The notes under the pieces: generated by a model | The model's input: only the letters and a program-made list of their open reading frames with translations | Database searches by the model: none | What the model was told of the DNA's origin: nothing | Translations under genes and position numbers: made by a program | DNA from: Synechococcus sp. | GTDB taxonomy: Bacteria > Cyanobacteriota > Cyanobacteriia > PCC-6307 > Cyanobiaceae | Direction: 5' to 3' | DNA: 64,000 bases | NCBI GenBank assembly: GCA_047285805.1 | Contig: JBJBCN010000002.1 | Coordinates: 480,001-544,000, forward strand | Shown here: positions 19,313-31,233 of the stretch, in pieces | How positions within the stretch are numbered: position 1 is the first letter of the stretch | Layout: every line of letters starts with the position of its first letter

Positions 19313-20839
19313 ATGCGGGTGCTCTTTGCTGCGGCTGAATGTGCACCGATGGTCAAGGTGGGCGGGATGGGCGATGTAGTCGGCTCCCTGCCCCCGGCCT
19401 TGGCCCCGCTGGGCCATGACGTTCGCCTGATCATGCCCGGCTATGGCCGGCTCTGGAGCCTGCTGCAGATCCCCGGTGAACCCGTCTGGCGGGGGCACAC
19501 CATGGGTACGGATTTTGCGGTGTTTGAGACCCGCCACCCCAGCAATGGCTTGCCCCTTTACCTGGTGGGCCATCCCGTCTTTGACCCCGAGCGGATCTAT
19601 GGCGGTGAGGACGAGGACTGGCGCTTCACTTTCTTCGCTAGTGCTGTGTCTGAATTCGCCTGGCACCACTGGAAGCCCGACATCCTTCACTGCCATGACT
19701 GGCACACCGGCATGATTCCGGTCTGGATGCATCAGGACGCTGAGATCAGCACGGTCTTCACCATCCACAACCTCAAGTACCAAGGACCTTGGCGCTGGAA
19801 GTTGGATCGGATGACGTGGTGCCCCTGGTACATGCAAGGGGATCACACGATGGCGGCGGCGTTGCTCTATGCGGACCGAGTAAACGCGGTCTCCCCGACC
19901 TATGCCCAGGAGATCCGCACGCCTGAGTACGGCGAAAAGCTAGATGGCTTGCTGAACTTCGTTAGCGGCAAGTTACGCGGCATCCTTAACGGCATCGATC
20001 AGGCCGCCTGGGACCCGTCCACCGATAAGACCTTGCCCGCCAATTTCTCGGCGGACGATCTTTCCGGCCGTGCCGCCTGCAAGCGCGCCCTGCAGGAACG
20101 GATGGGCCTCACGGTCAATCCCGACACCTACCTCATGGGTGTCGTCAGCCGTCTGGTGGATCAAAAGGGCATCGACCTGTTGCTGCAGGTCTCGGATCGG
20201 GTCTTGGCCTATTCCGACAGTCAGATCGTGGTGCTGGGGACGGGTGATCGCAACCTGGAGGCCGGCCTCTGGCAGATGGCGTCCCGTTACCCCGGGCGCT
20301 TCGCTGTGTTCCTTACCTATGACGATGCGCTCTCGCGTTTGATCTACGCAGGTAGCGATTCCTTCTTGATGCCGAGTCTCTTTGAGCCGTGTGGCATAAG
20401 TCAGCTCTTGGCCATGCGCTATGGCTCCATCCCCGTGGTGCGGCGCGTTGGCGGGCTTGTGGATACCGTTCCGCCCCATGACCCCAATGGCCACTCCGGG
20501 ACAGGCTTCGGTTTCGATCGCTACGAGCCCCTCGACTTTTACACCTCGATCGTTCGTTCCTGGGAGGCCTATCGCCATCGCCAGAGTTGGGCCGAGTTGC
20601 AACGGCGGGCCATGCAGGCCAACTTCAGTTGGGATCGTTCCGCCCTGGAGTACGACCGGATGTACAAGGAGGTCAAAGGGGTAAAGGAACCCACTCCCGA
20701 TGCCCAAGCCGTGGAGCAGTTCTCCTTGGGGCAACAGGCTGATCCCAGTCGCCAAGGCGTCGACCAGGCTCCGGAAGCCGAGGCCACTTCGGGTCTACGC
20801 AATCGCCTGTCACTACTGCGCCGGCGGAGCAGCCGCTGA
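19313..20839 (+). CDS. glgA: glycogen synthase
   Basis: [28 protein letters not shown]. Confidence 0.97.
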   Translation: MRVLFAAAECAPMVKVGGMGDVVGSLPPALAPLGHDVRLIMPGYGRLWSLLQIPGEPVWRGHTMGTDFAVFETRHPSNGLPLYLVGHPVFDPERIYGGEDEDWRFTFFASAVSEFAWHHWKPDILHCHDWHTGMIPVWMHQDAEISTVFTIHNLKYQGPWRWKLDRMTWCPWYMQGDHTMAAALLYADRVNAVSPTYAQEIRTPEYGEKLDGLLNFVSGKLRGILNGIDQAAWDPSTDKTLPANFSADDLSGRAACKRALQERMGLTVNPDTYLMGVVSRLVDQKGIDLLLQVSDRVLAYSDSQIVVLGTGDRNLEAGLWQMASRYPGRFAVFLTYDDALSRLIYAGSDSFLMPSLFEPCGISQLLAMRYGSIPVVRRVGGLVDTVPPHDPNGHSGTGFGFDRYEPLDFYTSIVRSWEAYRHRQSWAELQRRAMQANFSWDRSALEYDRMYKEVKGVKEPTPDAQAVEQFSLGQQADPSRQGVDQAPEAEATSGLRNRLSLLRRRSSR

Positions 20840-21606
20840 GGACACCCCCGCCCACGGAAGACCGGCGCAGCGAACTTCCTGCGCCCTACCGGAATCCTTG
20901 GGGTGCTCTGGCCGAGGACCTTCGTGCCGTCCGTGCCGACGTCTGGTTGCGTGGCCGGGAGCTTTGGCGGCGCAATCGCCAGGGGACCTTGCCGTCACCC
21001 GCTTGGTGGCCGGCTGATCTGGCCCCCTTGTTTTGGCCGGCCCTGATCCTGCTGCTGGTTGCTGTTTTGGCAAGCGCGTTGACCGCGTTGCTCAGGGTTT
21101 GGCCTCAACCTCCAGATCCTGTGGAGCGATCGGTTCCTGCCGCTGTAGTTGAGGACGTGCCCGAGCCGCTGCCGGGCCCGATGCCGATCAGTGAGCCACC
21201 GGCTGTTGCCCCTCCGCTGGAGGAGATCGTTCTGGAGCGACCCGAGGAGAGGACCCCTGAGCTTGACGCCAGCGTCTTGGAGCGAGAAGGCCAGGAAACA
21301 GAGGGCCTTGAGGGACCGTTTGCACCGGATCCACTACTGGAACTCGTGCAGCGACCGGAAGCCGATGGCCTCCTGGTCCAGGCGGAGGGCTTCGCCGAGC
21401 AATCTCTTTTGATCCTGCAGGTGCGACCGGCATTCCCCGCGTTGAGTCCCCAGGAGCAGTGGCGCCGCGCTGAGCTCTGGCAACAATGGGCACTGGACTT
21501 GGGCTACGACCATCTCGAACTGCGCGATTCCCGCGCTGGCCTCATCTCCCGTGATGCCCTGGTGGGTGAGGGCATGATCTTGCTGAGTGATTCGTCGTCC
21601 AGCTAA
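20836..21606 (+). CDS. conserved hypothetical membrane protein (start uncertain: CTG 20836 or TTG 20947)
   Basis: Open frame between glgA and murF with one TM segment and C-terminal GYDHLELRD...[10 protein letters not shown]. Confidence 0.7.
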   Translation: MRTPPPTEDRRSELPAPYRNPWGALAEDLRAVRADVWLRGRELWRRNRQGTLPSPAWWPADLAPLFWPALILLLVAVLASALTALLRVWPQPPDPVERSVPAAVVEDVPEPLPGPMPISEPPAVAPPLEEIVLERPEERTPELDASVLEREGQETEGLEGPFAPDPLLELVQRPEADGLLVQAEGFAEQSLLILQVRPAFPALSPQEQWRRAELWQQWALDLGYDHLELRDSRAGLISRDALVGEGMILLSDSSSS

Positions 21607-21610
21607 TCCG

Positions 21611-22969
21611 ATGCAGTTTGGCGCTCTGATTGCCCGATGGGGAGACCCGCAGGGCGCCTCAACCGGATGGGATCCCGACGCGGTTGCTGGCTCTATTTGC
21701 ACCGATAGCCGCAACTTGGCGGCTGGACAACTGTTTGTCCCTTTGGTGGGTGAGCACTTTGATGGCCATACCTTTTTGGCCGAGGCGGTCGCGACGGGTG
21801 CCCAAGCCGCGATCGTCCAGCGGGACCGGAAGGACCTGGTTCCGGAAGGGCTGCTCCACTGGCTCGTCGATGACACACTGGAGGCCTACCAGCAGTTGGC
21901 GTTGCTCCACCGTCAGCAACTGGGCGCTCCGGTGGTTGCCGTCACGGGCTCGGCCGGGAAGACCACAACCCGCGAACTGATTCGCTCCGCATTGCGGCCC
22001 CTGGGGCCGGTGCAAGTCAGCCAGGGCAACGAAAACAACGACATCGGGGTTCCGCTCACCTTGCTCAATGCAGGGGAACACCACCGGGCGGTGGTCGTTG
22101 AAATGGGGATGCGGGGACTGGGGGAGATTGAACGCCTGAGCCACACGGCGGCTCCGGACGTGGCCGTGGTGACCAATGTCGGGACTGCCCATATCGGGCG
22201 GCTCGGCAGCCGTGAGGCGATTGCCCAGGCCAAGTTGGAAATCACGGCCGGCCTGCAAGAGGACGGACTGCTGGTGGTGCCTGCCGGTGATCCCCTGCTT
22301 GAGGCGGCCCTTGCGCGGGTCTGGTCCGGCCGGGTGGCCCGGATCGCCTTGGCCGATGAGGACGGCGTTGCAGACGCCGATTTGATCGGCGACTGGGATT
22401 ACGGACAAGGCGTGATCGGTGTCAAGGGATCACGCCTACACGTGCCGCTCGATGGTCGCCACAACGCCCGCAATCTTCTCCTGGCCCTCGCAGTGGCCAC
22501 TGAACTGGGTGTGCCCCTTGGCGAGCTCACGCAGATGGAGGTGGATGTTCCAGGGGGGCGAAATCGACGGTTGCAGCTCGGTGGCTTGACCCTGCTGGAT
22601 GAGACCTACAACGCCTCTCCAGAAGCTGTCTTGGCGGCCTTGGATCTTCTGGCGGCCCAGCCCGGCCGCCGCTTTGCGGTCCTTGGCACCATGCTGGAAA
22701 TGGGGGATCAGAGCGTGGCCCTGCACCGCCAAGTCGCAGAGCGCGCAGCGGGCTTGGGCCTCGACGGTTTGGTGATCGTCGCGAGCGGTGCGGAAGCCCA
22801 GGCCATGGCCGAGGCCGCCGCGCCCCTTGCTCGACTGGAGGTTGTGGCCCAACCCGATCTCGCAGCGGCCCCGCTGGCGCGATGGCTTTCGACAGGAGAT
22901 GTGCTGCTCCTGAAGGCGAGCCGTGGTGTTGCATTGGAGCGCCTAATCCCTCTACTTCCTGAGGTTTGA
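21611..22969 (+). CDS. murF: UDP-MurNAc-tripeptide--D-Ala-D-Ala ligase
   Basis: TDSR, FDGH, VTGSAGKTTT, NNDIGVP, DETYNASP, LLKASRG. Confidence 0.96.
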   Translation: MQFGALIARWGDPQGASTGWDPDAVAGSICTDSRNLAAGQLFVPLVGEHFDGHTFLAEAVATGAQAAIVQRDRKDLVPEGLLHWLVDDTLEAYQQLALLHRQQLGAPVVAVTGSAGKTTTRELIRSALRPLGPVQVSQGNENNDIGVPLTLLNAGEHHRAVVVEMGMRGLGEIERLSHTAAPDVAVVTNVGTAHIGRLGSREAIAQAKLEITAGLQEDGLLVVPAGDPLLEAALARVWSGRVARIALADEDGVADADLIGDWDYGQGVIGVKGSRLHVPLDGRHNARNLLLALAVATELGVPLGELTQMEVDVPGGRNRRLQLGGLTLLDETYNASPEAVLAALDLLAAQPGRRFAVLGTMLEMGDQSVALHRQVAERAAGLGLDGLVIVASGAEAQAMAEAAAPLARLEVVAQPDLAAAPLARWLSTGDVLLLKASRGVALERLIPLLPEV

Positions 22970-22998
22970 GCCAGGCTGGCCTCAGCGCTGGGGCCAGC

Positions 22999-23649
22999 AT
23001 GCAATTTAATCTCAAGAGCCGCCTTCAATCCCTGAAGCTGGTTTCAGGGCTCGCGACGTTTCTGAAGAACCCCGAATCCCTCGAGGGGGTGTTTGCGGTG
23101 AGCCGCAGCCTCCAGAACAGCTCCCTGTCGGTGCAGATGTTTCGCCATCTGCTTATGAACCCCGAGTTAGCGGCCCTGGTGCAGGAGAACTGGCGTCCTG
23201 GAGAGGTTGATCTTGATGCCTTGCTGGCGCTTCCGGAGGGGAGCTTGGGGCATGTCTACGCCCACCAGCTCCGCTCCCAAGGGCTGACGCCAGAAAGCCT
23301 GATCGATCCCACGCCGGTGCGTTCGCCCGAGGCCTACATCACGCACCGGCTTCGGGAGACCCACGACATCGTCCATGTCCTGACGGGCTTTGGCACCGAT
23401 GGTCCCGGAGAGTTGGGTCTTCAGGCCTTCAACCTTGCCCAGAACCGTTCGCCCCTGGCGGTGATGTTGATCTTTGGCGGGATGCTGAGCTGTCTGCAGA
23501 ACGACGAACCACTCGAGGACCTTCTGGAGGGCCTCTCTCGTGGTTTCGAGATGGGGCTCAAAGCCCGCTGTTTAATCGCTCAAAAACTCGAGGACGGATG
23601 GGACCGCCCGCTGGCGGAGTGGCGCCAAGTGTTGGACCTGCCCGCCTAG
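22999..23649 (+). CDS. Coq4 family protein
   Basis: [23 protein letters not shown]...GE (HDxxH-x11-E motif). Confidence 0.85.
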   Translation: MQFNLKSRLQSLKLVSGLATFLKNPESLEGVFAVSRSLQNSSLSVQMFRHLLMNPELAALVQENWRPGEVDLDALLALPEGSLGHVYAHQLRSQGLTPESLIDPTPVRSPEAYITHRLRETHDIVHVLTGFGTDGPGELGLQAFNLAQNRSPLAVMLIFGGMLSCLQNDEPLEDLLEGLSRGFEMGLKARCLIAQKLEDGWDRPLAEWRQVLDLPA

Positions 23650-24986
23650 GACCAGTCCTCCTTCACGAGCTGCTTGGCTCGGCCCAAGGCCAAGGCCCCT
23701 GCGGGCACGTCCTTGGTCAGGGTCGAACCAGCCCCCACCGTCACGTTAGCCCCCAGGGTGATCGGCGCGACCAGCACGGAGTTCGCGCCAGTCTTGCTGC
23801 CCGCACCAATCACGGTCTTGTGCTTGTTGACCCCGTCGTAGTTCGCGGTGATGGTCCCTGCGCCGACGTTGACCTGTTCACCGAGCTGGGCGTCGCCGAT
23901 GTAGCTGAGGTGATTTACCTTGCTGCCTGCGGCGATCTGGCTCTTCTTGATCTCGACGAAGTTGCCGATCCGGCAGTCGTTGGCGAGTTCACTTCCTGGC
24001 CTGAGCTGGGCATAGGGGCCAACGGAGCAGCGATCGGCCACGACGGCATCGCGGAGGACCGAATAGAGCACCTCCACCTCTTCGCCCAGGCTCACGTTCT
24101 CGAGGAAGCTCCCGGGGCCAATCCGGCATCCCCGGCCGACCGAAGTGCTGCCGCGGAAATGGCATTGGGGTTCGACCACGACATCGCGTCCAAAACGGGT
24201 TCCGTTGCTGAGGGTGCAGCTATCCGGGTCGACAAAGGTCACGCCTTCGGCCATCCAATGGCGGCGGAGCCGTTGCTGGATCACCGCTTCGCATTGGGCC
24301 AGCTGGTAGCGGTCGTTGATGCCGCTGATCTCATCGGCATCGCCGACCTCCAGGTGCATGGCCGGGCTGAGCATGGCCACGGTGTCCGTGAGATACAGCT
24401 CCCCTTGGTCGTTGTCAGTGCTGAGTTGAGGCAGAACCGCGGCCAGCTTCGACCAGTTGAAGCAATAAATCCCGGCGTTGGTGAGGGTGTTGGCCCGCTG
24501 TTCTTCGCTGCAGTCGCGGTGCTCGACGATGGCGGATACCTGGCCGCTGGAATCCGCGAAGACACGGCCGTAGCCGGTTGGATCTGAAAGCCGTGCCGTC
24601 AGGAGGGTCACCGCCGCTTGGGAGCTGCGGTGCTGCTCGAGGAGTGCTGTGATCGTCTTCTCCATCAGCAGGGGAACATCGCCATTGAGGACGAGCAGAT
24701 CACCCTCAAAGTCCACCAGGGGCGCCAGCAGCTGCTGGACGGCATGGCCGGTGCCGTTCTGAGGCTGCTGCAGCACAAATTCCAGCCCGGCGTGGTGGCT
24801 CAGGGACTGCTCGACCCGCTCGGCTTGGTGCCCCACGATCAGGATTTGGCGCTGGGGCTCAAGGGCTCGGCAGCTGCCGAGCACGCGCTCCACAAGGGTG
24901 GCCCCCGCCAGGGGTTGCAGGACCTTGGGCAGGTCGCTCTTCATGCGGGTGCCCTTTCCGGCGGCCAATACGGCAACGGCGAGCAT
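23646..24986 (-). CDS. glmU: bifunctional UDP-GlcNAc pyrophosphorylase / glucosamine-1-phosphate acetyltransferase
   Basis: [41 protein letters not shown]. Confidence 0.97.
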   Translation of the reverse strand: MLAVAVLAAGKGTRMKSDLPKVLQPLAGATLVERVLGSCRALEPQRQILIVGHQAERVEQSLSHHAGLEFVLQQPQNGTGHAVQQLLAPLVDFEGDLLVLNGDVPLLMEKTITALLEQHRSSQAAVTLLTARLSDPTGYGRVFADSSGQVSAIVEHRDCSEEQRANTLTNAGIYCFNWSKLAAVLPQLSTDNDQGELYLTDTVAMLSPAMHLEVGDADEISGINDRYQLAQCEAVIQQRLRRHWMAEGVTFVDPDSCTLSNGTRFGRDVVVEPQCHFRGSTSVGRGCRIGPGSFLENVSLGEEVEVLYSVLRDAVVADRCSVGPYAQLRPGSELANDCRIGNFVEIKKSQIAAGSKVNHLSYIGDAQLGEQVNVGAGTITANYDGVNKHKTVIGAGSKTGANSVLVAPITLGANVTVGAGSTLTKDVPAGALALGRAKQLVKEDWS

Positions 24987-25014
24987 CGGCAAGGGCGGGT
25001 AGCTGAGCGGGAAT

Positions 25015-25917
25015 CTACTGGTGGTTGCCCGCAAGTCCCCACCGCCGCCGCCAGGCGCTGGTGCCCTCGACGTTGCCCTCTTGCATCGCCTTGGCTTGGG
25101 CCTGTTGCCGCCGTTGCAGGATTGTTTTGCGGTCCAGGGTGAAGCCGGGGTCGCGGTAAGGCTCGGCCGCGTTCGTGAGCAGATGTTCCTCCTCCATCGC
25201 GGTGAGTGGACGAAGGCGAGGGCTGGAGGGCAAGGGGGATGGGCTCGCTGCGGTACCGCCACTCCAGTCCTGTTGGTGCTGTTGCAGTCCGCAGCGGGCC
25301 TCGATCGTGGCCAGTTCCAGGCCCGCAAGCAGCAGGCCTTGGCGCACGGCTGCGGCACTGCAATAGGTCAGCAATAGCCCCTTGGGCTGCAGCAGGCTGC
25401 CAAGTGCCCCCAGAAATTCAACGCTCCACAACTGGGGACAGCGGCTGGGTGAGAAGGCATCCATCAGCAGCAGATCGAATTGCCCCTGCCGCTGCTCCAC
25501 CAGCTGTTGGACCGTCTGCCGAGCATCTCCCCAGAGCATGCCCGGACTGCCGCAGAGCTCCTGGAGCCGCGCCAGCGTGCCTGGTTGCCACTGGCTGCAG
25601 AAGGCTGGGCTCGCCAGGGCCTGCGCGAATGGTTCCCGATCGAGTTCAAGTCCCCACCACTCCAGGGTGAGGCCATGGCCGCCGCAGCCCTCGATCAGTG
25701 CCGCGGTGTTGCAGCCGGTCCCAACACAGACATCGAGAACCAGCAGGCTGCTCCCTTGTTCAAAACGCTCGAGGCCGGCCGGCTCGACAAACTTTTCGCG
25801 TGCTTCCGTTAGGGCACCGCGGCTGCTGTGAAAGGCTTCGCCAAACTCCGGGCTGAACAGGCTGAAGCTGCCGTCAGCGGTGCTGCGGGGCTCAAGCTTG
25901 AAGTCGTTCGAGGTCAT
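25015..25917 (-). CDS. MnmC/MnmD-like SAM-dependent tRNA methyltransferase
   Basis: [41 protein letters not shown]. Confidence 0.85.
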   Translation of the reverse strand: MTSNDFKLEPRSTADGSFSLFSPEFGEAFHSSRGALTEAREKFVEPAGLERFEQGSSLLVLDVCVGTGCNTAALIEGCGGHGLTLEWWGLELDREPFAQALASPAFCSQWQPGTLARLQELCGSPGMLWGDARQTVQQLVEQRQGQFDLLLMDAFSPSRCPQLWSVEFLGALGSLLQPKGLLLTYCSAAAVRQGLLLAGLELATIEARCGLQQHQQDWSGGTAASPSPLPSSPRLRPLTAMEEEHLLTNAAEPYRDPGFTLDRKTILQRRQQAQAKAMQEGNVEGTSAWRRRWGLAGNHQ

Positions 25918-27199
25918 CCCAGAAGCCGGGGTAGGACACCGCTGCCGCCTCCGGACGATGGATGGTGGTGGCACTGCTCGCGATCTGTGCTGCGACGGCC
26001 AGGCTCATGGCGACGCGGTGATCGGTTTCGCTGTCGACCTCCGCGCCTTGCAGCTGGATGCCACCCTGAATCGTCATCCCGTCTGGGAACTCTTCGATCT
26101 GGGCCCCCATGGCCCCGAGTTGACGGGCCATGACTGCCAGACGATCGGTTTCTTTAACGCGGAGTTCCTCGGCACCCGTCACCCGGCTGAGTCCCTCGGC
26201 GCAGCATGCCGCGGCAGCCAGCACGGGGATTTCATCCACCAGCCGTGGAATTAGGTCAGCGCCGATGTTGAACGCCTTCAGCGGACCGTGCAGTACGCGC
26301 AGATCCCCGACGGGTTCGCCTGCCGCATCCCGGGCATTGAGCACCTCAATGCGAGCCCCCATCTGCTCGAGGACATCCAGGATTCCGGTGCGGGTGGGGT
26401 TGAGACCGACGTTCTCGATCGTCAGATCAGCGCCTGGGGTGATCGCCCCGGCTACCAACCAGAAGGCGGCCGAACTGATGTCTCCAGGAACTATGACGTG
26501 CTGTCCCTTGAGGGTGGAGCCCGGCACAACGGTGACCTTGGTCTGCCCCGGGCCCCCCACAGTCAGCTCGGCACCGAAGGCGCGCAACATCCGCTCGCTG
26601 TGATCCCGGCTCTGGACCGGCTCGATGACCGTCGTTGGACCATCGGCCGACAGCGCAGCCAGAAGGATGGCGCTCTTTACCTGGGCGGAGGCGACCGGGG
26701 TGCGGATGGTGGTCCCTTTCAGTTGACGGCCCTCGATGGCCAGGGGAGCCAGGTTCCCGCCAGCGCGTCCGTGGATGGAGGCTCCCATTTCAGAGAGGGG
26801 CCCCCCGACCCGTTTCATCGGCCTGCGCCGCAGGGAGTCATCACCGGTGACGACGAAATGGCGACCCCTGCGGCCCGCCAACAGCCCCAGCATCAGGCGC
26901 ATGGTGGTGCCGGAGTTGCCGCAATCCAGGACGCTCTTCGGTTCCTGAAAACCATCTAGGCCCACGCCTTGGACGACGACGGTCTGACCAGCTTCGTTTA
27001 TAGACACCTCGACCCCCATCGCCCGCAGGCAGGCGGCGGTGCTGAGGGGGTCCTCAGCGGGAAGCAGTCCTTCGATTCGGGTCGTTCCTTCCGCGATGGC
27101 CCCAAACAGCAGGGCGCGGTGGGAGATCGACTTGTCCCCGGGGACTCGCACGTGTCCCTTGAGGCTGCGACCGGTGGTGGTGCCCAGGGCGAGGGACAT
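25892..27199 (-). CDS. aroA: EPSP synthase
   Basis: [40 protein letters not shown]. Confidence 0.98.
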   Translation of the reverse strand: MSLALGTTTGRSLKGHVRVPGDKSISHRALLFGAIAEGTTRIEGLLPAEDPLSTAACLRAMGVEVSINEAGQTVVVQGVGLDGFQEPKSVLDCGNSGTTMRLMLGLLAGRRGRHFVVTGDDSLRRRPMKRVGGPLSEMGASIHGRAGGNLAPLAIEGRQLKGTTIRTPVASAQVKSAILLAALSADGPTTVIEPVQSRDHSERMLRAFGAELTVGGPGQTKVTVVPGSTLKGQHVIVPGDISSAAFWLVAGAITPGADLTIENVGLNPTRTGILDVLEQMGARIEVLNARDAAGEPVGDLRVLHGPLKAFNIGADLIPRLVDEIPVLAAAACCAEGLSRVTGAEELRVKETDRLAVMARQLGAMGAQIEEFPDGMTIQGGIQLQGAEVDSETDHRVAMSLAVAAQIASSATTIHRPEAAAVSYPGFWDDLERLQA

Positions 27200-27285
27200 G
27201 GAGAACTGTTTGGTTTCAGCGAGCGTAGGAACTGATCAAAACCGGACACCCTCGCCAGACTTAGGCCACCCCACAGAACGGGTCC

Positions 27286-27537
27286 ATGGCTGAGCAACTC
27301 AACTCTCTCTTTGGCTTTCTCGCTCTGATCCAGGACAACCCAGAGCTTCGGGCCCGTCTTAATGAGGTCTGCACCGCGGACGAGGTGGCCGCGATTGCCG
27401 GGGAGCACGGTCACGTTTTTGAGGCATCGACCCTCGTGGGCCTCTTTGAACGCTGCAATGAGGCCCCTGTGGCCCGTTCAGGACTGATGGACGAAAAGCT
27501 GATCCGCCTCTATCTGCAACGGGAAGCGCTGCGTTAA
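27286..27537 (+). CDS. Nif11-like domain small protein
   Basis: L..FL..IQDNPELRARL....ADEVAAIAGEHGHVF matches the Nif11 leader pattern. Confidence 0.7.
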   Translation: MAEQLNSLFGFLALIQDNPELRARLNEVCTADEVAAIAGEHGHVFEASTLVGLFERCNEAPVARSGLMDEKLIRLYLQREALR

Positions 27538-27968
27538 CCCAGCATCAGGCCGCCTTCATTACTGAGGCACTCCTGCCAGCTCTGAAGGTCAAACAGCAGT
27601 TCCTGGAGCGTCAGTTGCTTGAGCTCGCGGTCTAAAGCGGTTTGCAGGCGTTTTCCCATGCTGCTGAGCACCTGCTGCTCCGCGCGGCTGCTATCCCCAG
27701 GCCCGTTCAGCGTGAGGGGCGCTCCCACGGCGCTGAGGACCTCGCCAACCGGAATCGATTCAGCCGCTCGGCTCAACCGGTAGCCCCCCTGACGGCCCCT
27801 TTTGGCCTCCACGAGCTCGGCTCGGCGTAATTGCAGGAGCAGTTGCTCGAGCATCGGAGCGGGAAGGCCCTGGGCTTCGGCGATGTCGCTGACCGAGCAC
27901 CACTGGGGACTGGCCATGGCCAGGTGCAGCAACGCCTGCAGTGCCTGGAGGCCAGAGCGCCGCAACAT
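27534..27968 (-). CDS. Rrf2 family transcriptional regulator
   Basis: IAEAQGLP..MLEQLL..LRRAELVEAKRG.QGGYRL. Confidence 0.92.
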   Translation of the reverse strand: MLRRSGLQALQALLHLAMASPQWCSVSDIAEAQGLPAPMLEQLLLQLRRAELVEAKRGRQGGYRLSRAAESIPVGEVLSAVGAPLTLNGPGDSSRAEQQVLSSMGKRLQTALDRELKQLTLQELLFDLQSWQECLSNEGGLMLG

Positions 27969-27971
27969 CGC

Positions 27972-29537
27972 CTAGGCCGGCCGTTGCAGGCGTTCAAGAA
28001 CCTGTTCGATGACGTAGCCAAACAGGGCCGGGTCGGGCTCCTGTTGACCGACATCGGCGAGCCCCAGTTCCTCCCAGCGCGCATCCAGGCGCGCTTCCAG
28101 CTCTGCGGGCCGTCGCAAGGGCTCTCCCCAAGGGTGGTTGCGCTCGGGCCCCACCTTGGTGGTGGCATCAATCGCGAGGCGTCCCCCCAGTCCAAGCTGC
28201 TCGCTGGCGAAATCCAGGGTGTCGAAGGGGGTGTTCTCTAGGACAAAAAGATCACGTTGGGGATCCACGAGGGAACTGATTGCCCAGATCACCTGTCTGG
28301 GATCGCGAATATTGATCGATTTGTCGACTACAACGACAAACTTGGTGTAGGTGAATTGCGGCAGAGCACTCCAAAAGGCCATGGCCGCCCGCTTCGCCTG
28401 GCCTGGATAGGCCTTGTCGATCGCGATCACCGCGAGCTTGTAGCTGAGTCCCTCCATCGGGAGGAAGAAATCAACGATTTCGGGAATTTGTTGACGCAGA
28501 ATCGGCGTATAAATCCGATTCAGAGCGATGGCGAGCATTGCGTCCTCCTTGGGGGGACGGCCGCTGAAGGTCGTGAAGTAGGTCGGATTCCGCCGTTGGG
28601 TGACGCACTGGATGCGCACCAGGGGTGAGGGTTCTACCCCTCCGTAGAAGCCCATGTGATCGCCAAAGGGGCCATCAGCCAGCGCCTCGCCAGGGGTGAT
28701 CTTTCCTTCGAGGACGATTTCGCTGTGGCTTGGCACCTCCAGGTCCAGGGTCTTGCATTTCGCCAGTCGCACGCCCTCTCCGGCGTAGAGGCCAGCAAAC
28801 AGCCATTCGCTCAGCTGCACGGGAATCGGCGTGGCAGCAGCCATCACCAAAAGGGGGTGAACCCCGATGGCGATGGCGATCTCCAGCGGCTTACCAAGGG
28901 CGGAGGCCTTGCGCAGGTGGCGAGCGCCACCGCGCACGCTCAACCAGTGCACTGTCATGGTGTTGATCGACTGCTGTTGCAGCCGGTAGACCCCGACATT
29001 GGGGGTCCCGGTCTCGGGATCCTTGGTGATCACCAGGCCGAGGGTGATGATGCGGCCCGCGTCACCGGGCCAGGGCCTTAGCAGCGGCAGGCGGTCCAGA
29101 TTGACGGCCTCGTCCAGGAAGACCTCCTGCCGACATGGCGGCAGCAGATCCAGGTCGGGCTTGGCCCTGAGCACATCCAGCAGGACCGAGCCAAAGCGGA
29201 TGGCTTCACGCGGTCCCTTCGGTGGCTTGGGCTGCTGCAGCAGCGCTAGGCGCTCCCCGAGGGCTTCGAGCTCCTCGGGCCGCTCCATGCCCATCGACCA
29301 GAGGACCCGCTCCAGGGTCCCCAGCAGATTGACGGCCACCGGAATGCTGGAGCCTTTGACGTTTTCAAAGAGCAGGGCCGGACCGCCACAACCAAGAACC
29401 CGGTCGGCAATCGCCGCAAGTTCGAGATCGGGGTCCACCGGTGCGCTGATCCGGCGCAGTTCCCCCCGCGCTTCGAGCAGTTCGAGGAAGCCCCGGAGAT
29501 CGCGTTGGGATCCAATCGCGTTGGCCGCTGATCCCAT
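27972..29537 (-). CDS. ubiD: UbiD family decarboxylase (likely plastoquinone pathway)
   Basis: [37 protein letters not shown]. Confidence 0.93.
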   Translation of the reverse strand: MGSAANAIGSQRDLRGFLELLEARGELRRISAPVDPDLELAAIADRVLGCGGPALLFENVKGSSIPVAVNLLGTLERVLWSMGMERPEELEALGERLALLQQPKPPKGPREAIRFGSVLLDVLRAKPDLDLLPPCRQEVFLDEAVNLDRLPLLRPWPGDAGRIITLGLVITKDPETGTPNVGVYRLQQQSINTMTVHWLSVRGGARHLRKASALGKPLEIAIAIGVHPLLVMAAATPIPVQLSEWLFAGLYAGEGVRLAKCKTLDLEVPSHSEIVLEGKITPGEALADGPFGDHMGFYGGVEPSPLVRIQCVTQRRNPTYFTTFSGRPPKEDAMLAIALNRIYTPILRQQIPEIVDFFLPMEGLSYKLAVIAIDKAYPGQAKRAAMAFWSALPQFTYTKFVVVVDKSINIRDPRQVIWAISSLVDPQRDLFVLENTPFDTLDFASEQLGLGGRLAIDATTKVGPERNHPWGEPLRRPAELEARLDARWEELGLADVGQQEPDPALFGYVIEQVLERLQRPA

Positions 29538-29600
29538 GGCGCTCTCAACTTTTCAGCAAGTTCTGCCTACTGTGACGCACCCCCTTGTGCCACCGCGGTC

Positions 29601-30356
29601 GTGCAGATCTCCTATTTCCACACCTCGGAGAACGTTCCCAGCCTGCGACCGGTGGCTGAGGGTGGACCGGATGCGGCCGTCGTCATCGATGTGCTGCGGG
29701 CCACCACCACCATTGCCTGTGCTCTGCGGAGTGGCGCTGAGGCCATCCAAGCCTTTGCAGACCTTGAGGCCCTCAATCAGGCCGCCAATGCATGGGTTCC
29801 TGAGCGCTGCCTGCGGGCGGGTGAACGCGGCGGTCAGACGGTCGATGGCTATGACCTCGGCAACTCCCCCCTGGCGGTGACCCCGGAGGTGGTGGGAGGC
29901 AAGCGCATTTTTATGAGCACCACCAACGGCACTCGCTCGTTGGAGGCGGTCAAGCCTGTCCCGCTTCTAGTCACGGCCTGCCTGCCGAACAGAACCGCCG
30001 CTGCCAAGCGCTTGCTTGACCACGGGGTCGAGCGTGTCTGGGTGGTCGGCAGTGGCTGGGAGGGGGACTATTCCCTGGAGGACAGTCTGGCGGCTGGTGC
30101 CGTCATCTCCGCTGCCATGGAGTTGGCTGTTTCTCCCCATGTTGGCGTCCGCTGCTCTAATGACGAAGCCCTAGCCGCCCTCGCCCTTTGGCAGCAGTGG
30201 CGCCACGACACCGAGACCTGTCTGCGGGCCGCCAGCCATGGCCAGCGGTTGATGGGTCTGGGTAACCATGACCTCGACTTCGCCTGCTGCTCAGCTGTCG
30301 ACACGATGACGATGGTCCCCACCCAAACCAGTCCCGGAGTGCTGCAGGCCGCTTGA
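29601..30356 (+). CDS. comB: 2-phosphosulfolactate phosphatase family protein
   Basis: [34 protein letters not shown]. Confidence 0.92.
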   Translation: MQISYFHTSENVPSLRPVAEGGPDAAVVIDVLRATTTIACALRSGAEAIQAFADLEALNQAANAWVPERCLRAGERGGQTVDGYDLGNSPLAVTPEVVGGKRIFMSTTNGTRSLEAVKPVPLLVTACLPNRTAAAKRLLDHGVERVWVVGSGWEGDYSLEDSLAAGAVISAAMELAVSPHVGVRCSNDEALAALALWQQWRHDTETCLRAASHGQRLMGLGNHDLDFACCSAVDTMTMVPTQTSPGVLQAA

Positions 30357-30404
30357 TCCCATTGCGGCCACCCTTACAGTGACCGCGGCGGCAAAACTCC
30401 TGCG

Positions 30405-31223
30405 TTGACAAGCTTTCTGGCTTCGGCAATCCAGCTCAATAGCAGCGCTGATCTCACCGCCAACTTCGCCGCTGCCGAAGAGCAGATCGAGCTGGCTATT
30501 CGCCGGGGTGCGGAGTTGGTGGGCTTGCCCGAGAACTTTGCCTTCATGGGCGAAGACAGCCAACGGCTGGAGCAGGCCGCACAGATTGCGGAACAGGCCC
30601 AGCGCTTCCTGATCACCATGGCCCGCCGTTATCAGGTGGCCCTAATGGGCGGTGGATACCCGGTGCCGGCCGGTGCAGGCCTCACCAGCAACCGGGCCCA
30701 GTTGGTGGGCAAGGACGGCCAAATCTTGGCCACATACGACAAAATTCACCTCTTCGATGTCGATTTGCCCGACGGCAACACCTACCAGGAGTCGGCAACG
30801 GTCCAACCGGGATCCAGCTTGCCACCGGTGGTTGATGTCCCAGGGCTCTGCCGCGTCGGCCTGTCCATTTGCTACGACGTCCGCTTCCCGGAGCTCTACC
30901 GGCATTTGGCCGCTGAGGGGGCCGATCTGCTCTTCATTCCCGCCGCCTTCACCGCCTTTACTGGCAAGGACCACTGGAATGTTCTGCTGCAGGCACGGGC
31001 GATTGAAAACACCGCTTATGTGGTCGCCCCAGCTCAGACTGGTCAGCACGGCCCCCGGCGCCAGACCCATGGCCATGCCCTGGTGATTGATCCCTGGGGC
31101 ACCGTTCTCTCTGATGCCGGTACGTCCGTCGGCCAAGCGGTCGCTCCGATTGATGTGGGTCACCGTGAGCGGATCCAGGCCCAGATGCCCAGCCTTCTGC
31201 ACCGCAAACCCGCTCTGTTCTAA
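30405..31223 (+). CDS. carbon-nitrogen hydrolase (Nit1-like)
   Basis: LPENF, YDKIHLFD, ICYDVRFPE, ARAIEN. Confidence 0.93.
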   Translation: MTSFLASAIQLNSSADLTANFAAAEEQIELAIRRGAELVGLPENFAFMGEDSQRLEQAAQIAEQAQRFLITMARRYQVALMGGGYPVPAGAGLTSNRAQLVGKDGQILATYDKIHLFDVDLPDGNTYQESATVQPGSSLPPVVDVPGLCRVGLSICYDVRFPELYRHLAAEGADLLFIPAAFTAFTGKDHWNVLLQARAIENTAYVVAPAQTGQHGPRRQTHGHALVIDPWGTVLSDAGTSVGQAVAPIDVGHRERIQAQMPSLLHRKPALF

Positions 31224-31233
31224 GGCGAGACCT

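Noticed and set aside
24987..25358. Long N-terminal extension of GlmU in the ORF track
   Set aside because: It overlaps the methyltransferase gene; GlmU homology starts at ATG 24986. Similar over-extensions were trimmed for trpS, menB, amidase, carA, dnaG and the pentapeptide gene.
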